Origin: Mobula hypostoma
Lineage: Eukaryota
Length of the DNA: 64,000 nucleotides
Reading direction: 5' to 3'
Assembly (NCBI RefSeq): GCF_963921235.1
Contig: NC_086098.1
Location: forward strand, 237,150,001 to 237,214,000
The notes under the pieces are model-generated. The model saw only the letters and a list, made by a program, of their open reading frames with translations, searched no databases and had not been told where the DNA came from. The position numbers and the translations under genes were made by a program. This document shows, in pieces, positions 35,815-48,870 of the stretch. Numbering within the stretch: the first letter of the stretch is position 1; each line of letters opens with the position of its first letter.

Positions 35815-38800
35815 CCCTATGGTCTTAGGTTTGCTAGGATATTCGTTGGTTCACTAACGTCCCAGTCAGTATCAATTTGTATTTACTTATTTTTAAGGAT
35901 ATTCTTATCTCCAGCAAGATCGTCATTAGCTTCCCAACGGTTAGAGCCCTTTGAGGAGCTGGGGTTTAGCCTCTTCTTAACTCTCGGGTATTCGTGATGT
36001 TCTCACAATGCTGTTGGGAGCGGCTTCCAGGAATCTGACACAGCCATAAGGAAAAAAAGGAGTTCGGTGAACCGGGGAAATGATTGGAAGAGGCAAGGTG
36101 ACCGCGACGCAGAGCGGAGAAATAGCCACAGGCTTATGGCCTCGTTCTATTTCATTCTTTAGGTCGATCTTCACTTGACTTTGCCAGGGGTTTCTAATCG
36201 AACATTATGGCTTACGGTTGAAGGGTCAAATTTGTTCGATATATATATTTACATGTACAAGGAATTTTCTGTGGTGTGCTAGTCAGGGAATGGTATACAA
36301 CAGAAGTTAAAAACGTTCAGCAACTACACAATTTAAAAAATCTATAAATAATTAATAAGAACATCCACTGATGGTATCCTTTGGTGCTAAAACATCACAG
36401 GTGTGCATGGTACCACCCAATACGACACTAATCTAGCATAATGCTAGACGAGTTCAGTTCGATGTTATTTCACTTTCTGTTTAGAATTAGAGTTGATCTT
36501 ATTAAATCATTAAGTTACAACCAAATCAAAGGCAGATCAAGATGTTCTTGGAAACAATAATTTCACCAAGCAACAATCCTCTTTTTCTAGGCTGGTGTCC
36601 TCCCACAACAATCTTCCTTAGAATCTTTGTTATCCTCCTTTTTATTTGAATCTGTAAACAGCGTAGATCTGCTTAGATTCCAAACATATACACATACAAT
36701 AGCTATTAACGGTTACGGCGGTCCCTATTTCGAGGCTCTGTCTGTCATTGCAACTAACGAGTTTGGAAGGGAGAACCCAGGAAACCGTACTGGCGGGGAA
36801 TGGGCGAATTGGGCTAAAATTCTAGAAGCTGGGGATCTGACGGAAGGGATGTTTCAAGTCCTGGAAATCGTGTTTCCTTCAGAGGCGTCTTTGTGTATGT
36901 TCCTAATGGTATTGGTCTTGTAATTTTTTTTCAAACTGCTAAGTCCTGAGATCCGAGCAATATTGTTGAACGATATTAGAAGCCCTGGGTATGCAACCGC
37001 CAACGGTAGGCAGACAATCACTTAATCGCATTGTTAATGGCTGGGGTCAACCATCTGCTAAAGACACTGCCCAGAGAAAGGTAATGCAAACCAATTTTAT
37101 GATTTTTTTTTACTATTGAGCCTGCATTACTATCATATTTACTTTTTCTCAGCTCAGACTGGTAACATCTGAGGTACTGGCATGGCGGAGTACAATAACT
37201 TCTCAAATTCTAGGAGCTTTAGGACTGTTCTGGTTGTGTGTTGTATTGTGGCTTTCTGTATAGGAAAGTCATGACGCATCTGATAGCTTTTGGTGAACAT
37301 GAAATAATGAGAAACTATTAGCGTAGACAGACTGCTGGTATATTGGGAACTACTGCTATATTTGGGATTGCTGACATTTAAGATATTTCTGAAGCTAATT
37401 ATAAATGGGCCAGACTAAATAATACTTCGCTTTCATGCTGTTTCACAACACAGGGACCGATCGTCAATTGGCGACGCGCCAAGGACAGGGCAGTACGGTT
37501 TAGGTATGTACGCTGCTTGAACTCCAGTAAAAGATTCACAAAATTGATGTTTAGGATTGGGTACAAATGAACGATGGGCATGAACATTGTCAGCATGTAA
37601 TTATGAAACGGAAGCCATATTTTACTAATCTGTTCTGAAGTTATTTCTCAGACTCGCAGAGTAAGGTCGGCGCAGTGTTGACCCTGTTAAACAATGGTAG
37701 ATCATGATTTGTGATATCTTAAATTACCATTGTTCGGAGTACATCTCAGTTCCGAGTGCCGATCGTAAACGCCTGTCTCGAGTTCGCTGCATCCTCTTCT
37801 GCCCACAAATGAGAATCTGGTTGGTTTCTATCTTGGCGGATTCCCAAGATTTGGACGGAACCTGTGCTCACACAAAAACCATCTGAGCAAATCATCTTGT
37901 GACACTCTAGGGTTGACAGGATATCCACGGGCCCATTTATTATGTGATTAAAACGTTGGACTAATATTGATGCCGCGATTCAAGCATATTCTAAGCCTTA
38001 AAGTGAAGACCCGAGGCTTCTTGCACAGTTTGCGTAAATCTCACCTTAAGGATTCCCTCAGTGTTATCATTTTGATTTTTCCTTTGTCCAAATTAAATAT
38101 ATTGCAATATGATAACAAATGGGGGTTGTACTAATCAATGTTCAATTTCGACGTTATTCCACGAAGGGTTACAACTTAGTCTGCCGCACAATCATTTATT
38201 TGTATATTGTTTTTTATAGGATTGCCTTTAACTTTATGGTGTTTCGTTTATTTTCGCTGTGTTCTTATGGTTATTCTGTTGTTTATGCTGTGTCAGACCC
38301 GGGGTAAGTATATACTTTTTTCGATTTCTCTAATCGTATATGGAAGAATAACAATAAACAGTCTTGAATCTTGAATTTCGAGAGCCGTAGAAACTGCTGT
38401 CTGGATAAGACCCGAAACATTTGGAGAAGTGCTGCCGCCGCATCTGACCAAGATGTTTTTGGACTTAGAGGGAAAGCAGCGTGTTGTCAGACAATAAACC
38501 ATCAAACCGCTTGACATAAGAGAAGAATTAGGCAATTTGGCACACCGCGTCTGTTCTGTCATTCCATCATGGGCAATAAATTATCCCTCTCAACTGTATT
38601 CACCTGTCTTCTCCCCGTAGCCTTTGAGATCCTTACTAATACCAAACGCATAAAACTCCACTTTTAATATCCTCAAACACCTTACCTCTGCAGCTGTACG
38701 TGGCGATGAATTTTACAGTTTCATCTCCCTCTGGCAGAAGGAGTACCTCCTCATCCCTGGTCTAAAGGGACGTCCCTCTATTCTGGGGTCGCGCCTTTGG

Positions 38801-41717
38801 TCTTAATCTTCCCTAATATCGGAAACGTACCATCCACGTTCACTCTACCTAGACATTTTATTATTCAATATCTTTCAATAAGATCACTCCACACCCTCCT
38901 AAATTCCAGTCACCCAAAGGTACTCATACGTTAACCTTTTAATTCCCGGAATCATTCTCTTCAATTCTCTCTGGATCCTCTCCAATGCCAGCACATCCTT
39001 TCCCAGATAAGGGGCCCAAAACAGCTCACATTTCTCCAAGAGCAGTCTGACCAAATAATATCTGAGTTACTTTTACGAGACACATTTCTAAAACTGGCTT
39101 TAAGCTTTCTGTGTGTTCTTCCGTTGCCGCTTCCCCTTAATTTTTTTTTTGGGAATAATTAAGAATTTCAAAGAGGACGAATAATTTAATTGATTTTCAA
39201 GATATTACTGGAGGTTAGAAAGAGACTGCTATCGGTAGTCTCGAACAGGAGAAGACAAAGCCTGTATTTTAGGAGTGTCTTCATGGAACTCTTTGTATCA
39301 GAGGCTGGAAGAAATGTAAAATTCTCTGTGCAAAGCGGCAAAGATTGTCGGATTAATTGTTTATTTAAAATCTGAGGCTGAAGGATTTCTTATCAACGTA
39401 AAATATTGAGGGATGCAGGGGACAGGCGATCGGTCCGAATCCTCTCCTCAAGCCCATGATGTAACCTTTTTCTACCTGGAGAGAATTGCTGAACCCCTAT
39501 GGGTATCTCCATACCTCCATCTTTTGGTGCATGAACGATACTCATGTCCCACCAGCACCACACCGAGCTTTTGCTGAAGGGGAAAAAAAACATCGCCAGT
39601 CATTTTGGGAATCTTTGATGAAGTGAAGAATCATTAAGTGTGAATCTGATGGAATTTATTTCACTTTTAGGTATTATATTTGTAACAATATTATTTTATG
39701 TTGTGTGTGAGTTATACGTACAGTCACGAACGGGAGAAGATCTGTAGATGCTGGAAATCAGAGTAATATACACAAAAAGCTGCCTGGCCCTCTGAGTTCC
39801 TCCAACATCTTTTTGTGTATTATATGTACTGTGTCGTTCACTTTGGCTTGGACAAACGCCTATTCGTTTGTCTGCATGCAGGCGTACAGTTTTCAATGAC
39901 AGTAAATTCAATTTGAACTTGAGCTAAATCATTCCACACTTACCATAAGTCTGGAAGTTATTTTAGGTCTGCAACAGTGTGCCTACTGACGTCAATCAAA
40001 CTGGGTTTCTTCTGCTTCTTCCCTAATGTGTTTTGATTGTGTAAGTATTAGGCTGTGATTTCTTAAGCAGAGGAAATCCTCACCAAAATATTTCAATTGA
40101 AGACCAGTGCTGTGAATCCATTAATTATGACTGCTTCAAACACTCTCTTACCCCTCTCCCATTCTCCGCCTTATCACTCACGCACCCCTTCCCTGTTCTT
40201 CGTTCTGGGCTCCCCACCAACTCGTACCTCAGTGTTCCATTCGTTAATTCAAGCAACGTGCAAGAATCTGAGCTGGTCTTGTCTTTAAACTCAGAATCAT
40301 AATCAAGTACAATATCACAGCCATATGTCTTACATTTGTTGTATTAAATTCCAATACACCATACAAAAATCTATAAATTACAATGAAATTATACAGTCAG
40401 TAAAATCGAATAAAATCGGTTGTGCAAACAGAGGGAAATACTGAAGCAGTGTTATGGGATTATTGTACATATAGAAATGGGATGGCAGAGGAGAAGAAGT
40501 CTTCAGGCTCCTGGACTCCTCTTGATGGTAGCATGTCCAGAGGGCATGTCAGCTTTCATTGTCCTTGTCGATTGAAGTTATGCAACTTTATACAATCCTT
40601 TACAAAATTTCAGTGACAACACCCGTACGTCCATATCTTCATTGCGGGAACTTTACGCTAAATTAATACATATTCGATAAATAGTGGAAACTTTGGACAG
40701 GCAAAGCTTGTTGATAGGATATTAAGTACCGGTGAACGTTGGACGTAATCAGTTTCAGATCTGACACTTGAATCATTTGTCCAATTCTTAACCGCACTTT
40801 TTGACCTGAGAGACTTGCAGCTGGATAAAGCATGCAATTGTCAGGCTTCCTCTCAGTCTGCACATGCACGTACCTTCCAGTCTCAACCCAGCTAACTGCA
40901 TTCACCTGCAGGTCTTTCCAGATTCCTCACCCGCAGCCTATTTAACCCCAGTTCTTATCCACAATCCTTGTTTACCCTCGAACTAGCCGAACTCATACAG
41001 CTGCTCCTAGCTTTGACTCTGCCTGGCTAGAGTATACCGTGTTGCCTGCTGTGCTTAGTTTCTAATTTCTCTCTTTTTTTGGCCCCTCGGGGCTTGTTAT
41101 TTTGCGGCCTCTTACTAAGGTCATCATTCCCCTCTGAATCGTTACCGCTGCTGTGCTTGTCCTTGTAGTCAGGACTCAGATTTATTTCCTGCCATTAACG
41201 CGTGGAATCGAAAATGCACAACACTCCAGTTGTCCAATCTGATTTAATTTACATTGTAACTGGTGTAATCTTAACATTCTTGAATTAGATCACGCCGAAT
41301 TTCCATACATAGGTTCAAAGTGAAATTAAATGTCTTAATAAAACCAAAACTCCATAAACCAAAACTGTTAAACGAGGATATAAAAGAGCAAGACATAACA
41401 ACCCATGTCTGTAAAATGGGATTGAATATTCCTCTTGGAACGTGGTTTGCAATACTGTCGGGGAAATTGTTTCAGAAATGTCACGAGTTGATTCTCCAGG
41501 GTGCTGGTATATTCAGCAGGGATGGTACTTTTCAACTGGGCACGTTAGAAATTGCTTAGCATTGTTTAACTGACGTAAATCCGCAGATAACAGGAAAGAC
41601 GTACATCTCATCTGTAGACACTGGCCAGCTACTTGGGCATGGCTCCCGGAAGACCGGAGGAAACTAGCACCGCCTTGCTGGAACTGTTACTGACAGCCAT
41701 TCTCGAATACGGACATG

Positions 41718-41810
41718 CTATGTCACATTATATGGGGGTAGCGATATCCTCTCTTCCGTCTGCCTCCTCGCACTCGAGTCCACATTAAAAGTCAAAGCAG
41801 CGTAGGTAGT
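41718..41810 (-). CDS. VJ-C1 receptor gene, exon 6 (final cytoplasmic exon)
   Basis: Strong acceptor ccctccgttttctctcgcag|ACT, phase 0, matching the preceding donor. Encodes TTYAALTFNVDSSARRQTEERISLPPYNVT*. Candidate AATAAA at 41186-41181. Confidence 0.72.
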   Translation of the reverse strand, partial: TTYAALTFNVDSSARRQTEERISLPPYNVT

Positions 41811-43808
41811 CTGCGAGAGAAAACGGAGGGCATCGTTAGAATATTATGGGGATAGAAGGAGACTGTGCGTTCCATCAACTTCCTTCTACAGTCCTACTAA
41901 ATCCTGATTCACTCAAGGAATCCTCAGAATCGACTTAGGACAAAGGAACAGAATTAGGCCATTCTGCCCATTTAGTATTCTATGCCACCACCTTGGCTAA
42001 TTTATTGTCTCTCAATGCATACTACCCTACCTTCTCCCTGTAACCGTTCACGCTTACTAATCAAGAATTTATCAACCTCCACTACTTGGCTAAAGAAATT
42101 CATTCTCATATGTGATCTAAAGGGACCTCCCGGTATTCGTAGGGGATGATGGTGATGGTGTTTTACAGAAGAGTGAATTAAGTTATGGATATTGGGAAGT
42201 AGCCTCACTTTGGATGTTGTTAAAAATGATAAAACAAATATGGTGCAGCAGGTATTAGTGTTGAAACTTCAACTTGTTACAATTAATACAAGTCACCAGG
42301 AGAAAGGCTACATAACTCCCTTACGACACAGGGACCGCTACCAAAATATGCTCTGTAGGGACCATAACGAGGCAAATACTTTTAAAGGCAGTTTAAGCAA
42401 ATGGATAAATAACTGAAAGATGCATTGTAGCGCGGGTAAATACAAAATTAGCCATTCAGGCAGAGAATGTGACAACAAATAAACTGAAGAACAGGATCAG
42501 AGACTGGGGATCTGCGAGGGACACAACGATCTGGATCTCCCTGTGTATCAGTGCAAAATGTAAATAAGCAAATAACTGATGAATACATTGCAGAATGGAT
42601 TTTGTGGTCGCATGAGGCTAACGGAGTAAACAGTTGATGTGGTCATATTACAGGTAGAAATAACTACTAAGAGGAGGTCAGAATATTAAAGGGATGCTTT
42701 CAAGTCGTCATCCATCATTAATGACCCCATCACATGGAACATGACCTCATTACATTGCAATAATCAAGCAAGAGGTATAGCAGCCCAACGACACAAACTC
42801 AAACAGGTTCATCCGCACCGCCACCAAATTTCTGAATGGAGAATGATAGATACTTCACTGTTTCTGCGCTCTTTTTGAGCAACTTCCAAATGTATTAATT
42901 TCCAAATGTACTTTTATTGGAATGTACTTTTTTAAAGTATTGCATTTTACGCAAAACAACTAATTTCAAGACATATGCCTGCTGTAATATTAAACCTACT
43001 TCTGATTCTGATTAGCTAGAAGTGCAGTCTAGGTCGTGCAAAAATGATACAATTGCAATAATTGAATATCGGATGAAGTGGCAGCACCATTGATCCTTAA
43101 ATACTCGACACATGGATTCGACAAATGTTTCTGGCATTCGATTCGTGAAAAAGTGTTCAGTAATTATTGCGTGGTGGGCTAGTTTGGAAGGTGAAATCAT
43201 AAAGGGTCCAGAATGCAATGGTTAACTGATTAGGAAATAGGATTGGCGGAAGGATTTAGGAAGAACTGTTATTTACACTGGAGACTGTGACCAGTGGTGT
43301 GCAGCGGTGATCAGTACTGGGTCTACTGCTGTTTCTCATAGAAATTATTTGGATGAGAACGTAGGCGGCATAATTAGTAAATATACGAATGACGTTAAAA
43401 TGGGGAGTGTCGCAGAGGGTGAAGAAGGTATTCTAAGGCTGCGATAAGATGAGAACAACTGGGAAAGTGGGCAGAGGAATGGCAGGTGAAATTTAAATAT
43501 GTAAGGTGTGAGATGATGCATTTTGGAATGATCAAAGCTCAATTCCATTCGTCATCGACAGTTACATGCATTAGGAATTTGTTATAATGTGTTGTGCGAC
43601 AGCAAGGAAAGCTGACAACATTCAACGATTCTGCAGACATATAATGAAAGGTGCAAAATACATTCATACCAGCATGTATTTACAATGTAACAACTTTATA
43701 AAAAGTTGTTTGAAGTACTGCAGTGTTGGGGGAAATAGATACAGGTGGCGGGGTCAAATCAGAATGGCTAACTAGATCAAATACCTGGGAGCAGGCATTT
43801 ATAATGGT

Positions 43809-43893
43809 CCTGACGAAGGGTCTCGGCCTGAAACGTCGACTGCGCTTCTTCCTATAGATGCTGCTTGGCCTGCTGCGTTCACCAGCAACTTTG
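43809..43893 (+). mobile_element. 85-bp Penelope-derived terminal fragment with 12-bp TSD (intronic)
   Basis: cctgacgaagggtctcggcctgaaacgtcgac...; ATTTATAATGGT at 43797-43808 and 43894-43905. Confidence 0.8.
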
Positions 43894-45439
43894 ATTTATA
43901 ATGGTGTGATGTTTTTCTTTTAGTAGCCACATAACACTTTCAAGAAGAGAGATGTTTTTTAAAATGAGCTCTCTTGGTGGAAGTGTCCACAATGATTGTG
44001 TCTTGTACGCTTCCATTTCCATTCTCTGGAAAAATTAAAGCAGGGCAGGATTTGCAGAGTAAACGACACAGTCCGGGGTGTGTTGTAAAATGAAGAGACA
44101 TGGGATCACAAACCAAAATTATTTGAAGTTGTCAAGAAAGTTCCAAATACAATTTTGAAACTGAAGTTATAAATAAAGTATATGTATGTCACATTATACT
44201 ACCCTGAGATTCCACTTCATCCAGGAGTACACCGTAAATAAAGGAAATACGATGGAATCAATCTAAACTGCACACAAACGAACAATTGTGTGCGAAACAC
44301 AACAAATTGTACCATACCGGAAGAAAAATAAATCAATAAGTGTTATTGACAAATTGACTTGTAGTGTCCTTGAAAGTGAGTCCATAAGTTCTGGATGTGT
44401 TCAGTGCTGTGATTTAGGAGCCTAATGGTTGAAGCGTAATAACTGTTCATGAACCTTGGGGTGTGGGGCCTGAAACTCCTGTGCCTCCTTCTAATGACAG
44501 CAGCAAGAAAAATGGTTGATCGGGATCCTTGACGATGGATGAGCTTTCCTGCGAAAGCGCTCCTTGTGATGTGTTTAATGGTAGGGAGGACGTGAACTGT
44601 AATGGAATGGGCAGTGCCCTCTTTTTTTTCTAGGCTTCGCTGTTCAAGGGAATTTATGATTCCATACCACGCCTTGATCCAACCTGTCAGAATATTCTCC
44701 CGCTTGCATCTATACAAATTTGTCAAAGTCTTGGATGACATGCCGAATCAGAGGGATATATGGTGAAAAAAGTTGAGTACAAGACAGTGGTCACACAGCG
44801 GCATTATTATTGCATTTCTGGCTGCCGTACCATAGGAATTATCTGATTCAGTGCAGAGAATGCATAATAAATTCATAAGAATATAACAGTGACTGAAGGG
44901 CTTATGTTAAAACTGATTGACTGAATATACAGGAAATGCTTTTCCTGAAGCGGTGGAAGATGAGAGGCACCATGCTTAGCATGAATTGCCAGAGGACGTT
45001 GTATGGGCGGGCACAGTTACAATATTCAGAAGTCACTTGGACAGGTTCATGGATAGAAAGGGATTAGAAGGATACTGGCCAAATGCAGGCAAAGGGGATT
45101 ATGCTCATAATGAATCATAGTCAGCATTAACGAGCTGCGCTGAAAAGCATGTTCCATGATACACAACCCTAGTAATTACTATCCCAGCGTGTCGAGGTGC
45201 TAACAAAAGGTTTGCGATGTCCCATTTGTGGCGTTTTGAAGCCTCTTGAAATAAGCTCAGACAGGCACGTGGATGTTCAGAGAATGGTGGAATGTACGGA
45301 GAACTAATTAGTTTAGTAGGTTTATAAGCATTATCTCTATTACCTCGGCGAAACATTATGCGAATAAGTGTCTGTTTTCGTGCTGCACTATGCTGTTCAA
45401 TTTCATAAGTAAACCAAAGCAAAAATAAACTAATCGTAC

Positions 45440-45498
45440 TTCATTTCCTGCCGCCCGAGTTCTCACTTCTGCAAAGTTCATCCGGCCGCTCTTCTTGC
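45440..45498 (-). CDS. VJ-C1 receptor gene, exon 5 (cytoplasmic)
   Basis: Acceptor tctttgcatttcag|GC (phase 1), donor GAA|gtacga (phase 0). Encodes (G)KKSGRMNFAEVRTRAAGNE. An alternative in-frame donor GAA|gtgaga lies at 45467. Confidence 0.78.
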
Positions 45499-45609
45499 CT
45501 GAAATGCAAAGATTTCAGATAGACGTTGTTCTAAAATGTCGCACTGAACGAGCCCAGAAACGGAAAACAAGAGCAAAACTGTCATGGGGAGTTAGAACGA
45601 ATTAGGTAC

Positions 45610-45726
45610 CTGACTGCCTGTTCCTGCAGGTTCGTCCCACGGCGAACATAAACGTGAGCAGAACGACAATTGCCACAGGGAAGCCGACATAATACAGTAA
45701 AAGGCAAACTTGCAAAAAAGGGGAAT
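45610..45726 (-). CDS. VJ-C1 receptor gene, exon 4 (transmembrane)
   Basis: Acceptor cttttctcttacag|AT, donor TCAG|gtacct, phase 1-1. Encodes (D)SPFLQVCLLLYYVGFPVAIVVLLTFMFAVGRTCRNRQS: about 24 hydrophobic residues followed by a basic stop-transfer. Confidence 0.88.
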
Positions 45727-46009
45727 CTGTAAGAGAAAAGAATCGTTCAGGTTTATATGTTCGAACATCTCTGTCCCATAATTTCCGATTCTAACGATAT
45801 ATTCATAATGGGAGTGCGCACGGTAGGAGGTACTATGTGAATTATAAATACGATACACATGAATTGTAAATATTTCTGAAAGTTCTAAATATCAGTCTAC
45901 GAATCAAAAGGGAGAAGGGGAGGGAGAAAGGGACGGGTGGATAATTAGAATCAGATTCAGCTTTAAAATCACTGACTGGTCGTACAACATTAAAACTTAT
46001 AAATTACCA

Positions 46010-48870
46010 TAAGACCATAAGACATAGGAGCAGAATTAGGTCATTCAGCCCATCATGTCTGCTCCGCCATTCCATTATGGCTGATCCCGGATCTCACTCA
46101 ACCCCAGACACCTGCCTTCTCGCTATATCATTTGATAACCGGACCGATCAGGAAACTATCAATTTCCGGCTTAAATATTCCCACAGACTCAATCTCTACT
46201 GCAATCTGTGGCAGAGCCAATCCACCGGTTTAGTACTCTCTGGCTGAAAGAAAATATCGATCCTATCTAGTCCTTTCAACATACCGTACGTTTCAATTAG
46301 ATACCGCCGCATTCTTCTAAGTTCCAGTGAGTACAGGCCCAACGCTGCCAAACTATCCTCATATATTAACCGCTTCGTTACTGGATTCATCTTCATGAAC
46401 CTTCTGTGGACTCTCTCTAAAGACAGCACATCCTTTCTGAGAGATGAGGCCCTGAACTGTGAACAATACTTCAAATGCGGCCTGGCTAGTATCTTATAAA
46501 ACCTCAACATTATCTGTTTGCCTTTATATTCTATTTTCCTTGAAATATATGCAAAGTTGCATTTGCCTTCTTTACCGTAGATTCAATCTGTAAATCAACC
46601 TTCTAGGACTCTTGCACGAGGACTCCTTAGTCCCTGTGCACCTCTGATGTTTGAAATTTCTCCCCATTTAGATAAGTCCACCGTCTCGTTCTTTTTACTA
46701 AAATGCTTTATCATACATTTCCCAAAACTGTATTCCATCTGCCACTTTTTTTTACCCGTTCTTCCTATTTGTCTAAGTTCTATTGTTTTGGCATTGCTTG
46801 CTCAGCACTATCTACCCTCCAGTTATCTTCGTATCATCCGAAAACCTTGCCACAAAGCTATAAATTCTATTCTCCAAATCACTGTCAAAAATTAAAAAAA
46901 AGTAACAGTCCCTATACTGTCCCCCAGGAACAGCATTAGTCACAGACAGCCAACAAGAAAATACTTCCTTTATTCCAACTCGCTGTCTCCTGCCTCTCAG
47001 CGAATCCTCTATCCATGCCGCATCTTTCCTGTAAACCCATAGGATTCTATCTTGTTTCCTCTCCTTTGTCTACCCTGCTTATTAATTCCTCGAAGAACTC
47101 TAACTGACTTGTGAGGAAAGATTTCCCTTCACAGGAAGCATGCTGACAGTGACTTACTTTCCCATTAATCTTTCAGCATCAGGAAAAGTCTTCCTTAATA
47201 ATAGACTCCAAAAATGGGGTGAGGCTAACTGGCCTATAATTTCGGTTCTTTTTGCTTTCCTCTATTTTTAAAGAGGGAAGTGACATTTGCAATATTCCAG
47301 TCCTCCAAGACCATGCCAGAATTAAGAGATGTATAAAATATCATGGCCAATGCATCGGTTATCTCTTCAGCAACCTCTATCGGGACTCCGGGATGTAGTC
47401 CATCGGGTCCAGGTGACTTATTCACCATAAGGCATTTCAGTTTGCCTTCCACTTTTTCCTTTGTAATAGCAATGACACTAAGTTATACTCCCTAACAATC
47501 ACGGTCAACTGAAACACTGCTAGCGTCTTCCACAGTGAAGACTGATGCAATGTACCCAGTAAGTTCATCTGCCATGTCTTGTCCCCCATTACTACCTCAG
47601 CAGCATCATTATCCAGTTGTACTATATCAACTCTTACTTCCCTTTTATTCTGAAAGAAAAACTTTGAGTATCCCGTTTTTATTTTTGGCTACTCTGCCCT
47701 TACATTTCCTCTTTCCCCTTCCTATAGCGTTTTAGTTGCCTTATGTTGTATGTTCAATGCTCCCCAATCATCCAACTACCAACTACCCACTAACTGTTGC
47801 TAACTTATACGCAATTTCCTTGGCTTTTATGCAGTCCTTAACTTTCTTTGTCAGACATTGCTCTCTACCGGTGCCATTTGTAAACTTCTGATTCTTTGGT
47901 ATATACCTATCCTGCGCCTTGTAAAGTATTCCCAGAAGCTTCAGACATCTCGGCTTCAGACTGCCGTCATCTCCACCAGTATCCTCTTCCAATTCACCTG
48001 GCCAAGATCCTCTCTTTAATTCCCTTTATTCCATTACGATGGTGATACACGTGACATGGCTATGCTCTCCCTCTCAAATTGCAGTAAGATTTCAATAATA
48101 TTATGGTCACTGCCTCCAAAAGATTCCTTTACTTTAAGCTCCCTAATAACATCTGGGTCAGTACACAGCACCGAAACGGAGGCAGCCTTTCCCCGCGTAG
48201 GCTCAAGCACAAACTAAAACCTCTCTCGTAAGCATTCAACGAATTGCCTCTCTTGCGGTCCGACTCCAACCTGATTTTCCCAATCCCTCTCCATATTTAA
48301 GCCCCTCATTGCAATTGAGACATTGACCTTATTGCATATCTTTTCCAGCTCCGTTGGCAATCTCAACCCTCATCCTGGCTCCTATTTCAAGGCCAATGTA
48401 TGATCCCCATAATAGCTTTTTTTTTTACACTTGTAGTCTCTTAACTCCACCCACAAAGATTCAACATTCTCTAACCCTATGTCACCTTTTCCTAAAGATG
48501 AAATTCCATCTCCTACCAAGAGAACCATACCACCGCCTTTACCTTCCTGCCTGATGCATGGTATATTATTTTATGTTAAGTTTTTAACTATGGCCTTCTT
48601 TCAGCACGATTCCGTGATGCCCAGAACGTCATACGGACCAATCCCAAATTGCGCCACGAGTTCGTCAACCTAATTCTGAATGCTGCACGCATTTAAATAC
48701 AGCACCTTCAGCCCTGCGTTCTTTGTTCTTTTGAATTATGCATCTGCGATACAATTTAAGTCTTTGCTCTGTCTGCCTTTATACCCAATCAGTGACTTGC
48801 CCTACCTTACATTCCTGTTACATCTATCATCTACGTAAACCTGCAGGATCATCTTCATCTCTGTCATACC
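46010..48870 (-). mobile_element. Decayed CR1 LINE filling most of the C1-TM intron
   Basis: ORFs 46196-46510, 47234-47452 (NKSPGPDGLHP), 47783-47992; SINE-like/CR1 3' tail at about 46010-46200. Confidence 0.85.

Noticed and set aside
37872-37880. Perfect RSS nonamer ACAAAAACC
   Set aside because: No CACAGTG-like heptamer at 12 or 23 bp spacing (GGACGGA / TCCCAAG) and no V or J segment adjacent.
45105-45140. Alternative terminal exon ending NADYDSL*
   Set aside because: It lies in a degenerate CR1 3' end on the opposite strand, and its phase does not match exon 5.
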